Assembly: GCF_006345805.1 (NCBI RefSeq)
Contig: NC_043002.1
Location: forward strand, 50,468,001 to 50,532,000
Direction of reading: 5' to 3'
Source of the DNA: Octopus sinensis
Taxonomy: Eukaryota
Length of the DNA: 64,000 nt
This document shows positions 13,127 to 26,908 of the stretch, piece after piece (position 1 is the first letter of the stretch; every line of letters starts with the position of its first letter). The notes under the pieces are model-generated. The model did not search any database. It had not been told where the DNA came from and saw nothing but the letters and a program-made list of their open reading frames with translations. A program made the translations under genes and the position numbers.

Positions 13127-13285
13127 CACACACACACACAAAATACATATATATATGCATACGACGGGCTTCTTTCAGTTTTCGCCTACCAAATCTATTC
13201 ACAAAGCTTTTGTAAGCCTGCAGCTATAATAGAAGACACTTGCTCACGTGGTCGCGAAGCAAGGTTCTTACCACACAGCCACGCC
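12920..13285 (-). mobile_element. SINE family B, degraded
   Basis: CCATGCTGG...GACGGGCTTCTTTCAGTTT...GAAGACACTTGC...CTTACCACACAGCCAC, the reverse complement of the family B consensus. Confidence 0.8.
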
Positions 13286-14074
13286 TATGTACGTGTTTGT
13301 TTGTAAGCGTATGCATGTATTTGCCTCTAGTGCTAATACGTACTGTCGCCAAAACAGCTTCAATGTTCTAACAGCTACTCCCAGTTGTCTTTTACTGTTA
13401 GCTGTTGCTGATCATGTCGCACTGTTAAGGTACCAAGTGCCGTCCGTACAAGAAACTTGGACTTCGTATTAGCTATGAGAAAACTAATACAATGTACATC
13501 CACCAGAATCTCGTGAGTTTTGAAGCAGCATTTTGACAATTGTTAATGATTTCTTTCTTAAGTGACAAACGTTTGTCTAATGAAACTTGGTCTTTGCTGA
13601 GACACCAGTTCCTCCATCCCAGAAACATTGCATGGTATAGGTGCGTATGTGTTCTGTATGTGCTTGAAACTTAGAGCAGAAAGTAATTCCTAACACACGC
13701 ACACACACGCTCATACACTCATACACTCACACCCACACACACATGTTGAGTGGGCGTGTGTCCATCTGACAGCCTTTTCACAATTAAGCTAACTACTAAC
13801 CTGTCTATCTAGCTCTCGATCGATCGATCGATCTATCAATTTGTCTATCGCTTTGTCAGTCTCGCCATTTTCTCTGTAGAGAATGTAGAAGCTCATACAC
13901 ACGCACACACACGCACACAACACACACGCACGCACACACACACACACACACAAACACACATACACACACACACTCTCACACACACTCACTCACACACACA
14001 CATTTCTACCTTCATACGTACATATATTTCGCTCTCTCTCTCCCTCTCTCTCTGTCTCTCTCTGTATATATATA

Positions 14075-14105
<31 letters not shown>

Positions 14106-14555
14106 GTAGCACATATAATATGTACACATGTATAGCATGTTATATAATACTTATATAATATATATATATATATATATATACATATATATATGCTTACTCA
14201 CTCACAGATATGTCATATGCACAGAAACACACAGATTTCTATATATCACTGTTACTTCGGATACAAACGTATTTCATCAGCGCAGATGTATTAGCCAGAC
14301 ATGTCATGTTCAGACCAGACGCCAAAATGGCCATTTAGCCGTGTGATTGATCTGAAATTTGAGAACCTGCTGAAATCTCATCGTTTCTTCATCACTGTTG
14401 AAGTAAAACATCTTTTGTTTTATTGTCATGTCTAAAATGTTTGTCATTTTTCACTCATCATCGATTCTTGCACCGAAAATGGACAGCCACGACCGGTTTT
14501 CCATTCGCTATCCCTTGCTATATATATATATATATAGATACACACACACATATGT

Positions 14556-14614
<59 letters not shown>

Positions 14615-15014
14615 TGGGGTGCCAGCAATGACGTGGCTCTTCATGAAGACAATGTCTTCTATGCAGGTTAGATAATGAACGCTAACAGCTTTCAGCTACT
14701 GGTCAATCACGTAGGAAAACGGTAAATCTAAACGGAGCGACAATACACACCCACTCGCTCCCTCTGTATAGCTCTTTCTTTCTCTTTCTCTTTCTCTCAC
14801 TGTTTCTCTTCCACACAGACCACACACTACACGCTTTTTCTATCTATCTATGTATCTATGTATGTATGTATGTATGTATGTATGTATGTATGTATGTATG
14901 TATGTATGTATGTATGTATGTATGTATGTATGTATGTATGTATGTATCTATCTATCTATCTATCTATATGTCTATCTATCTGTCTATATTCATGTATGTG
15001 TATATGCAAACATA

Positions 15015-15050
<36 letters not shown>

Positions 15051-15710
15051 TCTCGTTGTCTGTTTATATCAACACCTAAGATTAATTACATATGTGACGC
15101 ATGTGTCCACCGCCATAAGACCATGCGTGTAAGTGTGCGTGAATGAATGAATGTATGTATGTTCGTATGTATGTATGTATGTATGTATGTATGTATGTAT
15201 GTATGTATGTATGTTCGTATGTATGTATGTATGTATATATAGGTATATATGTGATATGCGCATAAGTTTGTATGTACTTAAATCGGCGTGTGTGTTTGTG
15301 TGTGTGTTTGCATAATCGGTAAGATAATGGCTTATATGAAAGTAGTTAACGACAATATAGTTATGGCAACATCTACAAATAAATATATGACAATCTTTTC
15401 ACAAGAGGATATCACACATACACACACATATCTCATTGTTTGCGCATCTTTCTCGCTCTCCTTCTGTGTGTGTGTGTGTGTATGTGTGTGTGTATGCGTG
15501 CATGTATGTGTATAAAACTGTAAAGGAAAAATTCAGTTGTTACTAATTGTAACTGAGGGTGCAGTGAAGAACGTATATTGCTAGAAATAAGAGTTAAAGT
15601 CCCTTAGAGGCGCAAGGAAGCACATTTCCATATAATGACAGGGGACATAACCTCCCCACATCGAGCGAGATCCCTATACTATATTTTTATTATATATATA
15701 TATATGTTTG

Positions 15711-17397
15711 TATGTATGCATATATTTTTATTTATCTCCTTATTGTCTGACAGCGCCCCGCATCAGGTTCGTTCCGATTCGTCGTTTCGATCCACTTCTT
15801 GGTCCCCTTTTTTTATATTAATATTATTATATTGAAGATGCGGTACTCTCTCCCTTGCTTTAACCTCTTCAATCTTTCTCCCTCCCCCTCCTCCTCTCTC
15901 TTCGCCGCGTGTCCCCCTCCTCCTTCCCTCTTCCTTGCCTATAAAACAAAATTCCTTTACACGTGGTTACCACTATTGAAAAGACTGCCTCCACGCGCTG
16001 CTACTACACTTTCGTCCTTGCCAGCAAAAAGGCTTCTTCGTTCGTCCCCTTGTTTGGTAATTTCCTGTATAGTATTCTTGTTATTTTCTCGTTTTGTAAC
16101 TAATTGTACTTTTTGTACATGTATTTTTATTTTTGCAGTTTTATTGTTTGTCTATGCCAGAAAAAAGGCTTTTTCGTTCGTCCTCTTGTGTTTGTTTTTG
16201 TACATGTATTTTAATTTTTGCAGTCTTATTGTTACGTCTTGTTTGTGTTCGTACTCATTGTGCCCCGCTGCTTGAAATTTTATTTTAATTCTCTCGCAGG
16301 AAGGCCTATTGGATTAGTGTTCTGTTATGCCTTCGAAACATGCCTGACTCCTCTAGCGACAGCTGATGACGGGGGTTTTGTCCTTGTGTAACCTGTCCTG
16401 TATTTGGTTTTCGTTTTCCGTTTTCTTGTTTTTTGTTTTTTGGCTTTTTCTGTTCTACGTCTTATTGTGATGTCCTGTACTTCGATAATTACTTATATAT
16501 GCATGTATATACATGTAGATGTAGGTACGTACATATGTTGTATGTATGCATATATTTTTATTTATCTCCTTATTGTCTGACAGCGCCCCGCATCAGGTTC
16601 GTTCCGATTCGTCGTTTCGATCCACTTCTTGGTCCCCTTTTTTTATTAATATTATTATATTGAAGATGCGGTACTCTCTCCCTTTGCTTTAACCTCTTCA
16701 ATCTTTCTCCCTCCCCCTCCTCCCTTCTCTTCGCCGCGTGTCCCCCTCCTCCTTCCCTCTTCCTTGCCTATAAAACAAAATTCCTTTACACGTGGTTACC
16801 ACTATTGAAAAGACTGCCTCCACGCGCTGCTACTACACTTTCGTCCTTGCCAGCAAAAAGGCTTCTTCGTTCGTCCCCTTTGGTTAATTCCTGTATAGTA
16901 TTCTTGTTATTTTCTCGTTTTGTAACTAATTGTACTTTTTGTACATGTATTTTTATTTTTGCAGTTTTATTGTTTGTCTATGCCAGAAAAAAGGCTTTTT
17001 CGTTCGTCCTCTTGTGTTTGTTTTTGTACATGTATTTTAATTTTGCAGTCTTATTGTTACGTCTGTTTGTGTTCGTACTCATTGTGCCCCGCTGCTGAAA
17101 TTTTATTTTAATTCTCTCGCAGGAAGGCCTATTGGATTAGTGTTCTGTTATGCCTTCGAAACATGCCTGACTCCTCTAGCGACAGCTGATGACGGGGGTT
17201 TTGTCCTTGTGTAACCTGTCCTGTATTTGGTTTTCGTTTTCCGTTGTTCTTGTTTTTTTTTTTGGCTTTTTCTGTTTCTACGTCTTATTGTGATGTCCTG
17301 TACTTCCGTATAATTACTTATATATGCATGTATATATACATGTAGATGTAGGTACGTACATATATATTTGTATGTATGCATATATTTTTATTTATCT

Positions 17398-17400
<3 letters not shown>
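15711..17400. repeat. Two head-to-tail copies of an 830-bp unit plus 30 bp of a third, bounded by TA-rich tracts
   Basis: TATGTATGCATATATTTTTATTTATCTCCT starts at 15711, 16541 and 17371 (period 830); the copies differ only by scattered indels and substitutions. Confidence 0.95.
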
Positions 17401-17429
<29 letters not shown>

Positions 17430-17432
<3 letters not shown>

Positions 17433-17650
17433 TTTTACTTGTTTCAGGCTTTGACTGCGGCCATGCTGGAGCACCAACTCGAAGGGTTTTAGTCGAAAGG
17501 ATCGACTCCAGGTCTTACAATCTTTTTAAAGCCTCGTACTTATTCTACCAGTCTCTGTTGCCGAAATAAATTACAGGTACATAAACACCCCAACGTCGGT
17601 TGTCAAACGGTATACGGAGACAAACACAGGCACAAAGACACACACACATA
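17430..17650 (-). mobile_element. SINE family B, 3' half
   Basis: TACTTGTTTCAG...GCGGCCATGCTGGAGCACC...GGTTGTCAA matches the family consensus. Confidence 0.8.
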
Positions 17651-18174
17651 CACACACACACACACACACTCACGCCCCCCCCCCCCACAAAACACACACA
17701 ATTAGCCAGGTGTCTACCCTGTGTTCAGGTTTCGACTTGCCAAGACTCTCCAGTTCCCCCTCCTTTGTGTTAAATGCTTACAACCAACCAAATTCTTGTT
17801 TCTTCCAGTTCATTCTTTGATGTCGTTAATCCGGAAACGTTGTTGATGGCCTCTTGCTCTCTTCTCAGCACTTCCTGCTTGAATGGTCTTTGGCAGTGAT
17901 TTGTAACGCATGTCCAAAATACTATAGCTCTGCTGATTTAATTCTTGATATCAGGTTTCAGTGGACTTTTACGTTTTTCTACTACTCCAGCCAGGACCGT
18001 CTTAGAAGCTGTATTGGCTCACTACCGGGCAAATCAATGAACTGAACCCCATATTATTTCTGATTGACAACAACAGAACGCATACATAGATCAGCATTTG
18101 GCCCTTAGGCCCGTGAGGCCTCTAGGAAACTGCCTAGTGTACCCATATGCGTTAAGATTCCCTTTGAATCCAGC

Positions 18175-18415
18175 ATCTGTTGTCAGGGGAAGACGTGGCG
18201 CACGACAGTCAAAGGAGATATGGAATTCGTTTCTGGCCTTCGAGTCTTTGTGCGTTCGTCCCTGGAACCCGGGAATGGCTCCAACCCGCTGTAGAATCGG
18301 CTGCCGACAGACGTGCGTGGACTGCTTTGACTGTGACAGCTTTGACCCGTAACGCCTTGATCCGTGAACTCAACAGGAGCCGGCTTAAACCCTCCCGGGT
18401 GAATGCCGTTACAAG
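18175..18415 (+). mobile_element. RTE-type LINE 3' end
   Basis: GKTWRTTVKGDMEFVSG...REWLQPAVESAADRRAW resembles an RTE ORF C-terminus, followed by a GGGTGAATGCCGTTACAAG terminus. Confidence 0.7.
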
Positions 18416-19044
18416 AGGAAGAAGCTTATTCACTGCCCCTGATTTGCAAAAGATACACATCTGAAGGCTTCTGCCTTTATTCTCCGAAGCTTTAAATTAT
18501 CCATTGGACATTGACAGTGTGCACCGTCGAACTTTGTTGTCTGGAGAGGACGATCGGCGAAGAAGGCGAAGGAGGCACGGGCGTGACTGTATAGTTGAGA
18601 AGCTTGGTCTTCTGTTCAGTCCAACTGTGTGACATCTTGGGCGAATGTCTCGTACTATATCCCTGGCCGACCGAAACCGTGTGTATGTGTGTGTATTTAC
18701 ATATGGTTATATATGTTGACACACGCATACACACACACACATAAACACTTTACTTGTTTCAGTCGTTAGACTGCGGCCATGCTGGGGCCACACATTGAAG
18801 AATATATTGTCGAATGTATCGACTCCAGTACTTCTTTCTTTACCGAAATCATGTGACAATTGTTACGTCAACGGTAACATAATTTGGTTGAAACGCCAGA
18901 TCTTCAGAGGAACCTTGTAATTCATTTCAGAATTATACAGCAACATTGGTTGGTTTACAGAGTGAAAATATTCTGTAAATTTATAATACCAAACGAAAAT
19001 CGGAAGATAAATTAGATTTAGTATTAGACTGATATCTGAGCATA

Positions 19045-19943
19045 CAGTAATCCCTCGACTATCGCAGGTGTTACATTCCACAAACCCACGAAATAGAAAC
19101 AGTACTGAACTGCATATTTTTAAAATTATTTTTATAATTTGTATATATTTGTTTTATTATAAACGCAAAACAACACCACACACTCGCCCTACCCACCCGA
19201 GTTTCGTTTTCCATACAGTATGTGCAATTCTTTGTTTACTTATCTACAGTACACTACTTATTTTCTTTTAATATATTTTAATTAATGTGTTATACAGTGC
19301 AGTACTGTATTTTTATTTATCAGTTTATTAATTTTTAGGCGTGAACATGCTTGTTTTACCACAGAAATAATTAAAATCTTAAAAAAATATAAATACTTAT
19401 CAGGCGCAGAAACCCGCGATATACTGAGGACTCTGCGATATAAATTTACATATATTTATTTTTTTAATGCCCACTATACTACACACAGAGGGAACAAACA
19501 AGGACAAAAGGATTAAGTTGATTACATCGACCCCAGTGCGTAAGTGGTACTTATTTAATCGAACCGAAATGATGAAAGGCAAAGTCGACCTCAGCGGAAT
19601 TTGAACTGAGAAAGTAACGGCAGACGAAATACCTATTTATTTACTACTCACAAGGGGCTAAACACAGAGGGGACAAACAAGGACAGACACACGGATTAAG
19701 TCGATTATATCGACCCCAGTGCGTAACTGGTACTTATTTAATCGGCCCCGAAAGGATGAAAAGCAAAGTCGACCTCGGCTGAATTTGAACCCAGAACGTA
19801 GCGGCAGACGAAATACCGCTAGGCATTTAGCCCGGCGTGTTAACAATTCTGCCAGTTCGCCGCCTTAGATTTACATATATTAGCCAGAAAAATCCGCGAT
19901 GTACTAAGGGCGCGATAGGTGAACCTCGATATGGCGATTACTG
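19045..19943. mobile_element. Tigger-like MITE with nested SINEs
   Basis: TA|CAGTAATCCCTCG ... GGCGATTACTG|TA, giving imperfect TIRs and a TA target duplication. Confidence 0.75.
19465..19866 (-). mobile_element. Two tandem SINE family C copies inside the Tigger MITE
   Basis: One 5'-truncated copy (~19465-19630) and one near full-length copy (~19640-19866). Confidence 0.85.
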
Positions 19944-20177
19944 TATTACAAACATTTACTTGGCTTTCTAATCTTAATAACACTAGTTAATTATATACAC
20001 GCACGCACTCACACACGTATACGTGCATACACACCCACAAGGGCACAAATACTTGCAAATACGCACACATATATACAAACGTTGGAAGAACGCCACGTAT
20101 GCATACATGTGTACATAGACATGTGTATACATATCTATTCATCTATCTGTTTGTCAGTCAGTCTGTCTGCCAGATTG

Positions 20178-20243
<66 letters not shown>

Positions 20244-20274
20244 CATCCATCTATCCATCTACCCATCTATCTAT

Positions 20275-20308
<34 letters not shown>

Positions 20309-20309
20309 G

Positions 20310-20410
<101 letters not shown>

Positions 20411-20700
20411 ATATCTATCTATCTATCTATACGCGTCTGAAAGGATTAGAGACAAATACTTTCCTCTCTGGTCAATCTCTCAACTTTTTCAAGTATCACT
20501 TGAAAAGGAAGGTGAGAGTAGAGAGGGAAGTTTTGTCTAGAGAATATTTCAGAAAAAGATGGGTAAATGTAGCAAGGATGGCACGTATGAATGACGAATC
20601 CACTTTGAGCATCATCTTATGAACCGCAAAAAAATTAAAACAGAGAGTTACTTATTTGTACATAAATATGTTAATATGTGAAATTATTGCCCGAGGTTAC

Positions 20701-20910
20701 TGTGGTCTTTTCGTAGGTTTTTCTTTCCTCAGATAAACCTTCCCATTTCTTGGGAACTTTTTGTACCATTTTGACTTTTTTTGCATATATACCCAACGAT
20801 TTCGATCCCTTTTGATCGTTCCCCCCTTTTTTCCTTTGCCCCCTCGAAAAGAAAAACTCTACATTGTAATTGTCCCCTCTGTGTTTAGCCCTGTGTGGCC
20901 AATAAAGAAA
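20701..20910 (+). mobile_element. 3' end of an unidentified LINE-like family (TATC-associated), copy 1
   Basis: CGATCCCTTTTGATCG...AAAGAAAA.CTCTAC.TTGTAA...AGCCCTGTGTGGCCAATAAAGAAA, shared with 35909-36106 and 52286-52586. Confidence 0.65.
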
Positions 20911-21478
20911 GTTATCTATCCATCCATGTATGTATGTATGTATGTATGTATGTATGTATGTATGTATGTATGTATGTATGTATGTATGTATCTGTCTCTT
21001 TTCGTCTGTGTGCGTGTAAGTTTGTGCGTGTTTGTGTGTCTGTGTGCATGTATGCGTGTATGTTGTGCCTAGTTCCAATAGAAACAGTTATTTCAAGAAT
21101 AAACTGAACGTTATTTGAACTGAGAAGAGAGAGAAATACATGTATATACCCAAATCCATACGCTCATACATACACGAGTATCTACACACTTATATGCTCA
21201 TACATAATCACATGGATACTCACGTACGTACCCAAATACACATATACATACAAAAGCAGATACATACATCCGTGCACACGCACATAGATATACGCATAGA
21301 AAAACTTTCATATACTCATACATACGTACATACCTACCTAACTCCCTCCCGCCCTCCCTCCCTACGTACCTACGTACGTACGTACGTACGTACGTACCTA
21401 CCTACCTACCTACCTACCTACCTACCTACTTACCTACATACATATCTACATACATAAATAAGTAAATACATACATACG

Positions 21479-21510
<32 letters not shown>

Positions 21511-21532
21511 TGTATGTGTGTATAGATATACG

Positions 21533-21566
<34 letters not shown>

Positions 21567-22238
21567 CATGTACGCGTGTATGTATAGATATATATATATA
21601 TACATATACGCGTACATGTATGTATGTATGCATACATGCATACATACACATACATATATATACATAGATACATAAATGCATACATACACATACACACATA
21701 TTTCCATACATCCATAATATATACATACACATACATTTGTATATACATACATGCATACATATATGTATGTAGACATGCATTCATGTACACATACATACAT
21801 TCATAATTACATAATACATACATACGTAACAGACGTCAGAAGAAAATTGAGAAGGAAAGAGATAAAGAAATATGCAAGATAAGATTCATCTGTCATCAGC
21901 TGCCATCTGTAGTGTCAGAGCCTCGCTTCTAACGGACAAAGCCTCGTTTCCATCATTAGAACCTCGTTGTCATCATCCGTCTTAATCGACAACTCTCACG
22001 TTTCTAACAGGTTCCCTGGCGGCATTTTCAACGCTCCTCATCCTATTACTCCTATTCTCTCTCCCTCTCTCTCTTTCTCTCTCCCTCTCTCTTGTTCTTG
22101 CTTTCCTTTCTCATATATTTTGTCGTCAATGCGCTTTGCGGTATTGTTGTTGTAGTTGTTGTTTTTGTTACAGTTTTGTTATAGGTTTGTATTTCTATTG
22201 ATGAATTTGTTTTAGTTTTGAAATTCTGTTCGTCGCCG

Positions 22239-22281
<43 letters not shown>

Positions 22282-22288
22282 GTTGTTG

Positions 22289-22320
<32 letters not shown>

Positions 22321-22863
22321 GGTGGTGGAGGTGCGGATGTTGTTGTTGTTTTTGCCTGATATTGTTCCTGTTCATGTTGCATTCCTAGTTACTGCCGTTG
22401 ATATTGTAGTAGTAGTAGTAGTAGTAGTAGTAGTTGGAGTAGGAGTAGTAGTAGTAATAGTAGTAGTAGTAGGAGTAGTAATAAAAGTAGTAGTAGTAGT
22501 AGTAGAGGTAGTAAGAGTAGTAGTAGTGCTCGTTCCAGTTGTAGTTATAGTCAGAGTGGGAAGAGGAGAGGAACGAGGCAGAGGCTGGGGACAAAGAGAT
22601 GGAGGAAAGGAAAGGAGGGGATGAGGGCAAGGAGGAGGAAGAAAGAAAGAAGAAAAAGGGAGTTGATGAAGAAGTGAAAAGGGGGTGAAAAAGGGGACAT
22701 GGAAGTAAACAGGAGGATGCGGAGAAAGAAGGTAGAGGGAAGAGGCGAGAAACAAGAGGAGGTAGAAGAAGAAAAACAGGGAAAAGAAAGAGGAAGAGAG
22801 GTAACAGTAATAGTTGTTGGGATGATTGTTGTTGTTCTTGCTGTGGTAATACGTCAATTCTTA

Positions 22864-23990
22864 CACACTGCAACCACTAGTACTATCGCCAAAGCCACAG
22901 CTTCAATGCCAACGAACTACGACACAACTACTGCCACCAAAGCCAAACCAGCACCAACACCAACACACTACAACAACTACAACTGCTACCAAAGTCATGT
23001 CAATACCACCACACTACAATCACCAGTACTACCACAAGAGCCACAACTGCAATAGCAACACACTTCAACCACTAGTACTACCATTAAACCAGCAACGTCA
23101 ATACCACCACACTACAATCACCAGTACTACCACCAAAGCCACAACATGAACAGCAACACACTGTAACCACTAGTACTACCATTAAAGTCACAATGTCAAT
23201 ACCACCACACGACAATCACCAGTACTACCACCAAAGCCACAACAGCAATACACACTACAACCACAAGTACAACCATCAAAGCTACAACGTAAATACCAAC
23301 ACACTACAACCACTAGTACTACCATCAATGCCACAACATTAATACCGCTACACTACAATCTCCAGAACTATCACGAAAGCCACAACATGAACACCAACAC
23401 ACTACAACCACTAGTACAACCACCAGTGCCACAACATGTACACCAACACACTACAACCACTAGTATTACCACCAATGCCACAGCATCAATACCAACACTC
23501 TGCAACCACTAGTACTACCACCACTACCACAACATCAATACCAACGAACTACAACCACTAGTACTACCACCAAAGCCACAGTATCAATACCAACAAACTT
23601 CAACCAGTAGTACTACCACCAAAGCCACAGCATCAATACTAACACACTGCAACCACTAGTACTACCACCAATGCCATAACATCAATACCAACGAACTACA
23701 ACCACTAGTACTACCACCAAAGCCACAGTATCAATACCAATGAACTACAATCTCTAGTACAACAACCAAAGCCACAACATCAATACCAACACATTACAAC
23801 CACTAGTACTACCACGAAAACTACTACATTAATACCGACACACTATTACCATTTGTACTACTGCCAGATCTACAACAATCACACCAATGCCCTACAATCA
23901 CCAGATTGTAGGTACTGCAGCCAGAACAACTACTTCAATACCAGCATACTACCACTACTCATACTACCACCAACCCCACAATCACCAAAT
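22864..23990. repeat. 49-bp minisatellite with a partial 98-bp higher-order repeat
   Basis: Consensus CAACCACTAGTACTACCACCAAAGCCACAGCATCAATACCAACACACTA; TAGTA anchors at 23461, 23510 and 23559 give a 49-bp period; about 23 units. Confidence 0.9.
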
Positions 23991-24169
23991 GAATACACCA
24001 ATAAAATACAGCTGAAATGTTACGCTATTACTGGGGCATAAGCCTCAACACAACTAGAACCACTACTTGTTCTACAGCCCAAACTACAAAACAATACAAG
24101 ATTGACGGCAACACGTTACAATCACCAATGAACGACCGAGACCCTCTGCCACCATTGCACAACGAAATG

Positions 24170-24244
<75 letters not shown>

Positions 24245-24722
24245 GTAATAATAATAATAACGATAATTACAACAAGAACAACAACAATAACAGCAACATC
24301 AACAGCAACACCTACAATATCTCTGATCAGCCATACTATCTACGCCAGCTCCCCTCGCGAAGTAGACGTATGATTGATGTATCCCTCCCCACCATGACCA
24401 CCACCACCACTACCACCACCACCAAAGCCGCCATCATCACAACTCACACGCACAGCACACAACATATTGATAGTGTGCAGTAATGTATACAGACACACAT
24501 AAATACATACACACACACACATATATATATATACATATATATACATATATATACATATATGTATACATATATATACATATATATACATATATATATTATG
24601 GTTTGTGTAATAATGGGTTACACATACAACCACAAAACGCTCTCACCTAACTGCATATATATATATATGTATATATATATATTTATATATACATATATAT
24701 ATATACACATATATATATTTAC

Positions 24723-24753
<31 letters not shown>

Positions 24754-25943
24754 TATATATACATATATACATACATACACACACACAGACATATATATAT
24801 ATATACATAAACACACACACATGTATATATACATACGCTCATATATACAAGCCCATGAATAAATGTATACATGCGTAAGTACGTAAATACGTATATTGAC
24901 ATACATACACATACACATATATATGTACGTATACATATGTGTATGTGTAAATACATACACGTATATATATATATATACACGCACATATACACACCTTACT
25001 ACAGTATGTGTGCACTAATGTGTGCAGTAGTTGAAGTATTTGATGATTGATGAAGCCACAATGAAACAACTGAAGTCTTTTACACGATTCACCATTATTC
25101 ATTCATGGCCCTTCTCTTCGTCACATCCATCACCGCCTTCAACACTCCCACACATCCACCACCCTCTCTCTCTCTCTCTCTCTCGCTGTGTGTGTGTGTG
25201 TGTGTGTTTGGGTTAGTGTGTGTGCCTATCCATATCACTTTCTCTTTTCTTTTTCCACCACTCTTTCTCTCTATATATATCATCAGGCACCTCTCTTCCT
25301 TTCTCATCAGCTCCATGCCTCCTCTCTCTCACTCCACTCTCTCTCTTTCTCATCTCTCTGTCTCTCTCTCTCTGTCTGTCTGTCTCTCTACTCTCTCCTT
25401 TTCCTCCTATTCTCTTCTACACTTTCTTTCATTCTCTTACATAATTCAACATTATGGTTATCTGAACCTCTCACATTCCTACTTACCTCTCTCTATTTCA
25501 TTATACTTCTCTGTCTCTTTCTCTTTCTTATCAATTTTCCCTTATTTCTCTCTATATAGATATCAGCATTTCTCTTTCTATTCCTTTCCCTCTTACATAA
25601 TTCAACGTTATGCGTAAGCGCACACCTTATCTCTTACTCTCTTTCGTCTTCTCTCAAATTATACCTTTCGCCCTCTTCTTTTCCGGTCTGTGTACGCTTT
25701 TTCTCAATATATCTCAAGAACAACATTATATCACGAGCACTCTTCTTTGTTTTTCTTCTCTTACAAAAGTTCAACGTTATGTATACACACAAATATGCAT
25801 ACATTTATAATTGTATGTATATATATATATATATATAAGAATGTACATACGAAAGTTTTCATCACTCCCACTCCCTCCACACCCACACACACATATACGT
25901 ATGTATGTATGTATGTATGTATGTATGTATGTCTGTATGTATG

Positions 25944-25984
<41 letters not shown>

Positions 25985-26024
25985 CTGTGTGTGTGTGTAT
26001 GTGTCTATATCAATGAAAAGGCAA

Positions 26025-26180
26025 CAAAAATTGTTAAGAACTTTATTAGTTCACAGCTGTTTCTGTTAAAAATTTGCTCCGACGAAGCTGTAACGAACTA
26101 TACAAGTACTTAGCTTTGAGTGTAATGCATCTTACAGCAGAAACAGCTGTGAACTAGTGAAGTTCTTTACATAATTTTTG
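26025..26180. repeat. Small fold-back with a degenerate hammerhead-like motif
   Basis: Imperfect ~42-bp inverted arms at 26025-26065 and 26138-26180; CCGACGA-A-GCTGTAA...TTACAGC-A-GAAACAGCTGTG. Confidence 0.55.
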
Positions 26181-26211
26181 GCTCCCTAGTCATTTCTTTA
26201 ATCTCTTGTTA

Positions 26212-26863
26212 GGCTCTGTACTCGCCAAACCCTTTCTTCTGAAATAGAAATACATGTATATTGAGATCTAACACCATGCTATTAGCATCGCTATACCTAA
26301 GCGAAATCTTAACACATACTTGCATACATATATACATACACACATGGATATATATTTATATATATATATATTTATGTATTGTGTATTGTGTCTTTATCTA
26401 ATTTCCCGTCCGTTAATTCTTCGTCTAGTTTCCCGTTTGCTCTGCTTTTGTCTAACTTTTCCTCCTTGTTGTGTTCTTTCTGATCAACCCTTGATAAATC
26501 CATGTAGCGCAACGCACACCCTGTTTGTTTACTTTATTCCTCGAATATTTGTTGTGCGTGCGACTTTTAACTCTCTCTTCTGTTACTCTATCTGTTTCCA
26601 CCTTTACACTTACTCTGTCTCTTTCTCCACTCTTACTCTCTCTTTCATCCCTTGCAAGCCTCCTTTGTTCCTTTCTCTTCTCCCTCTGTCTCCCATTCTT
26701 TTTCGTTCTCTCTCTCTGACCCCTTGCTTTCCCTCTTACTTTCTCTTTCCACTTCTTCTACTACTCTGATTCTTTCTTCACTCTTACACTCTCTTTTCAC
26801 CTTTGTTGCCTCTCTTGTACCATTCTCTTCTCTCTCTTTCACTCTGTTTCACCAATCCCTCTA

Positions 26864-26908
<45 letters not shown>

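Noticed and set aside
17105-17200. Canonical hammerhead in the 830-bp unit
   Set aside because: The core before the hairpin is CTCGCAG/CGCAGGA and there is no UH triplet with a matching stem I; kept only as a structural question.
22699-23990. Mucin-like Thr-rich CDS
   Set aside because: The 49-bp period shifts frame in every unit and introduces TAG stops.
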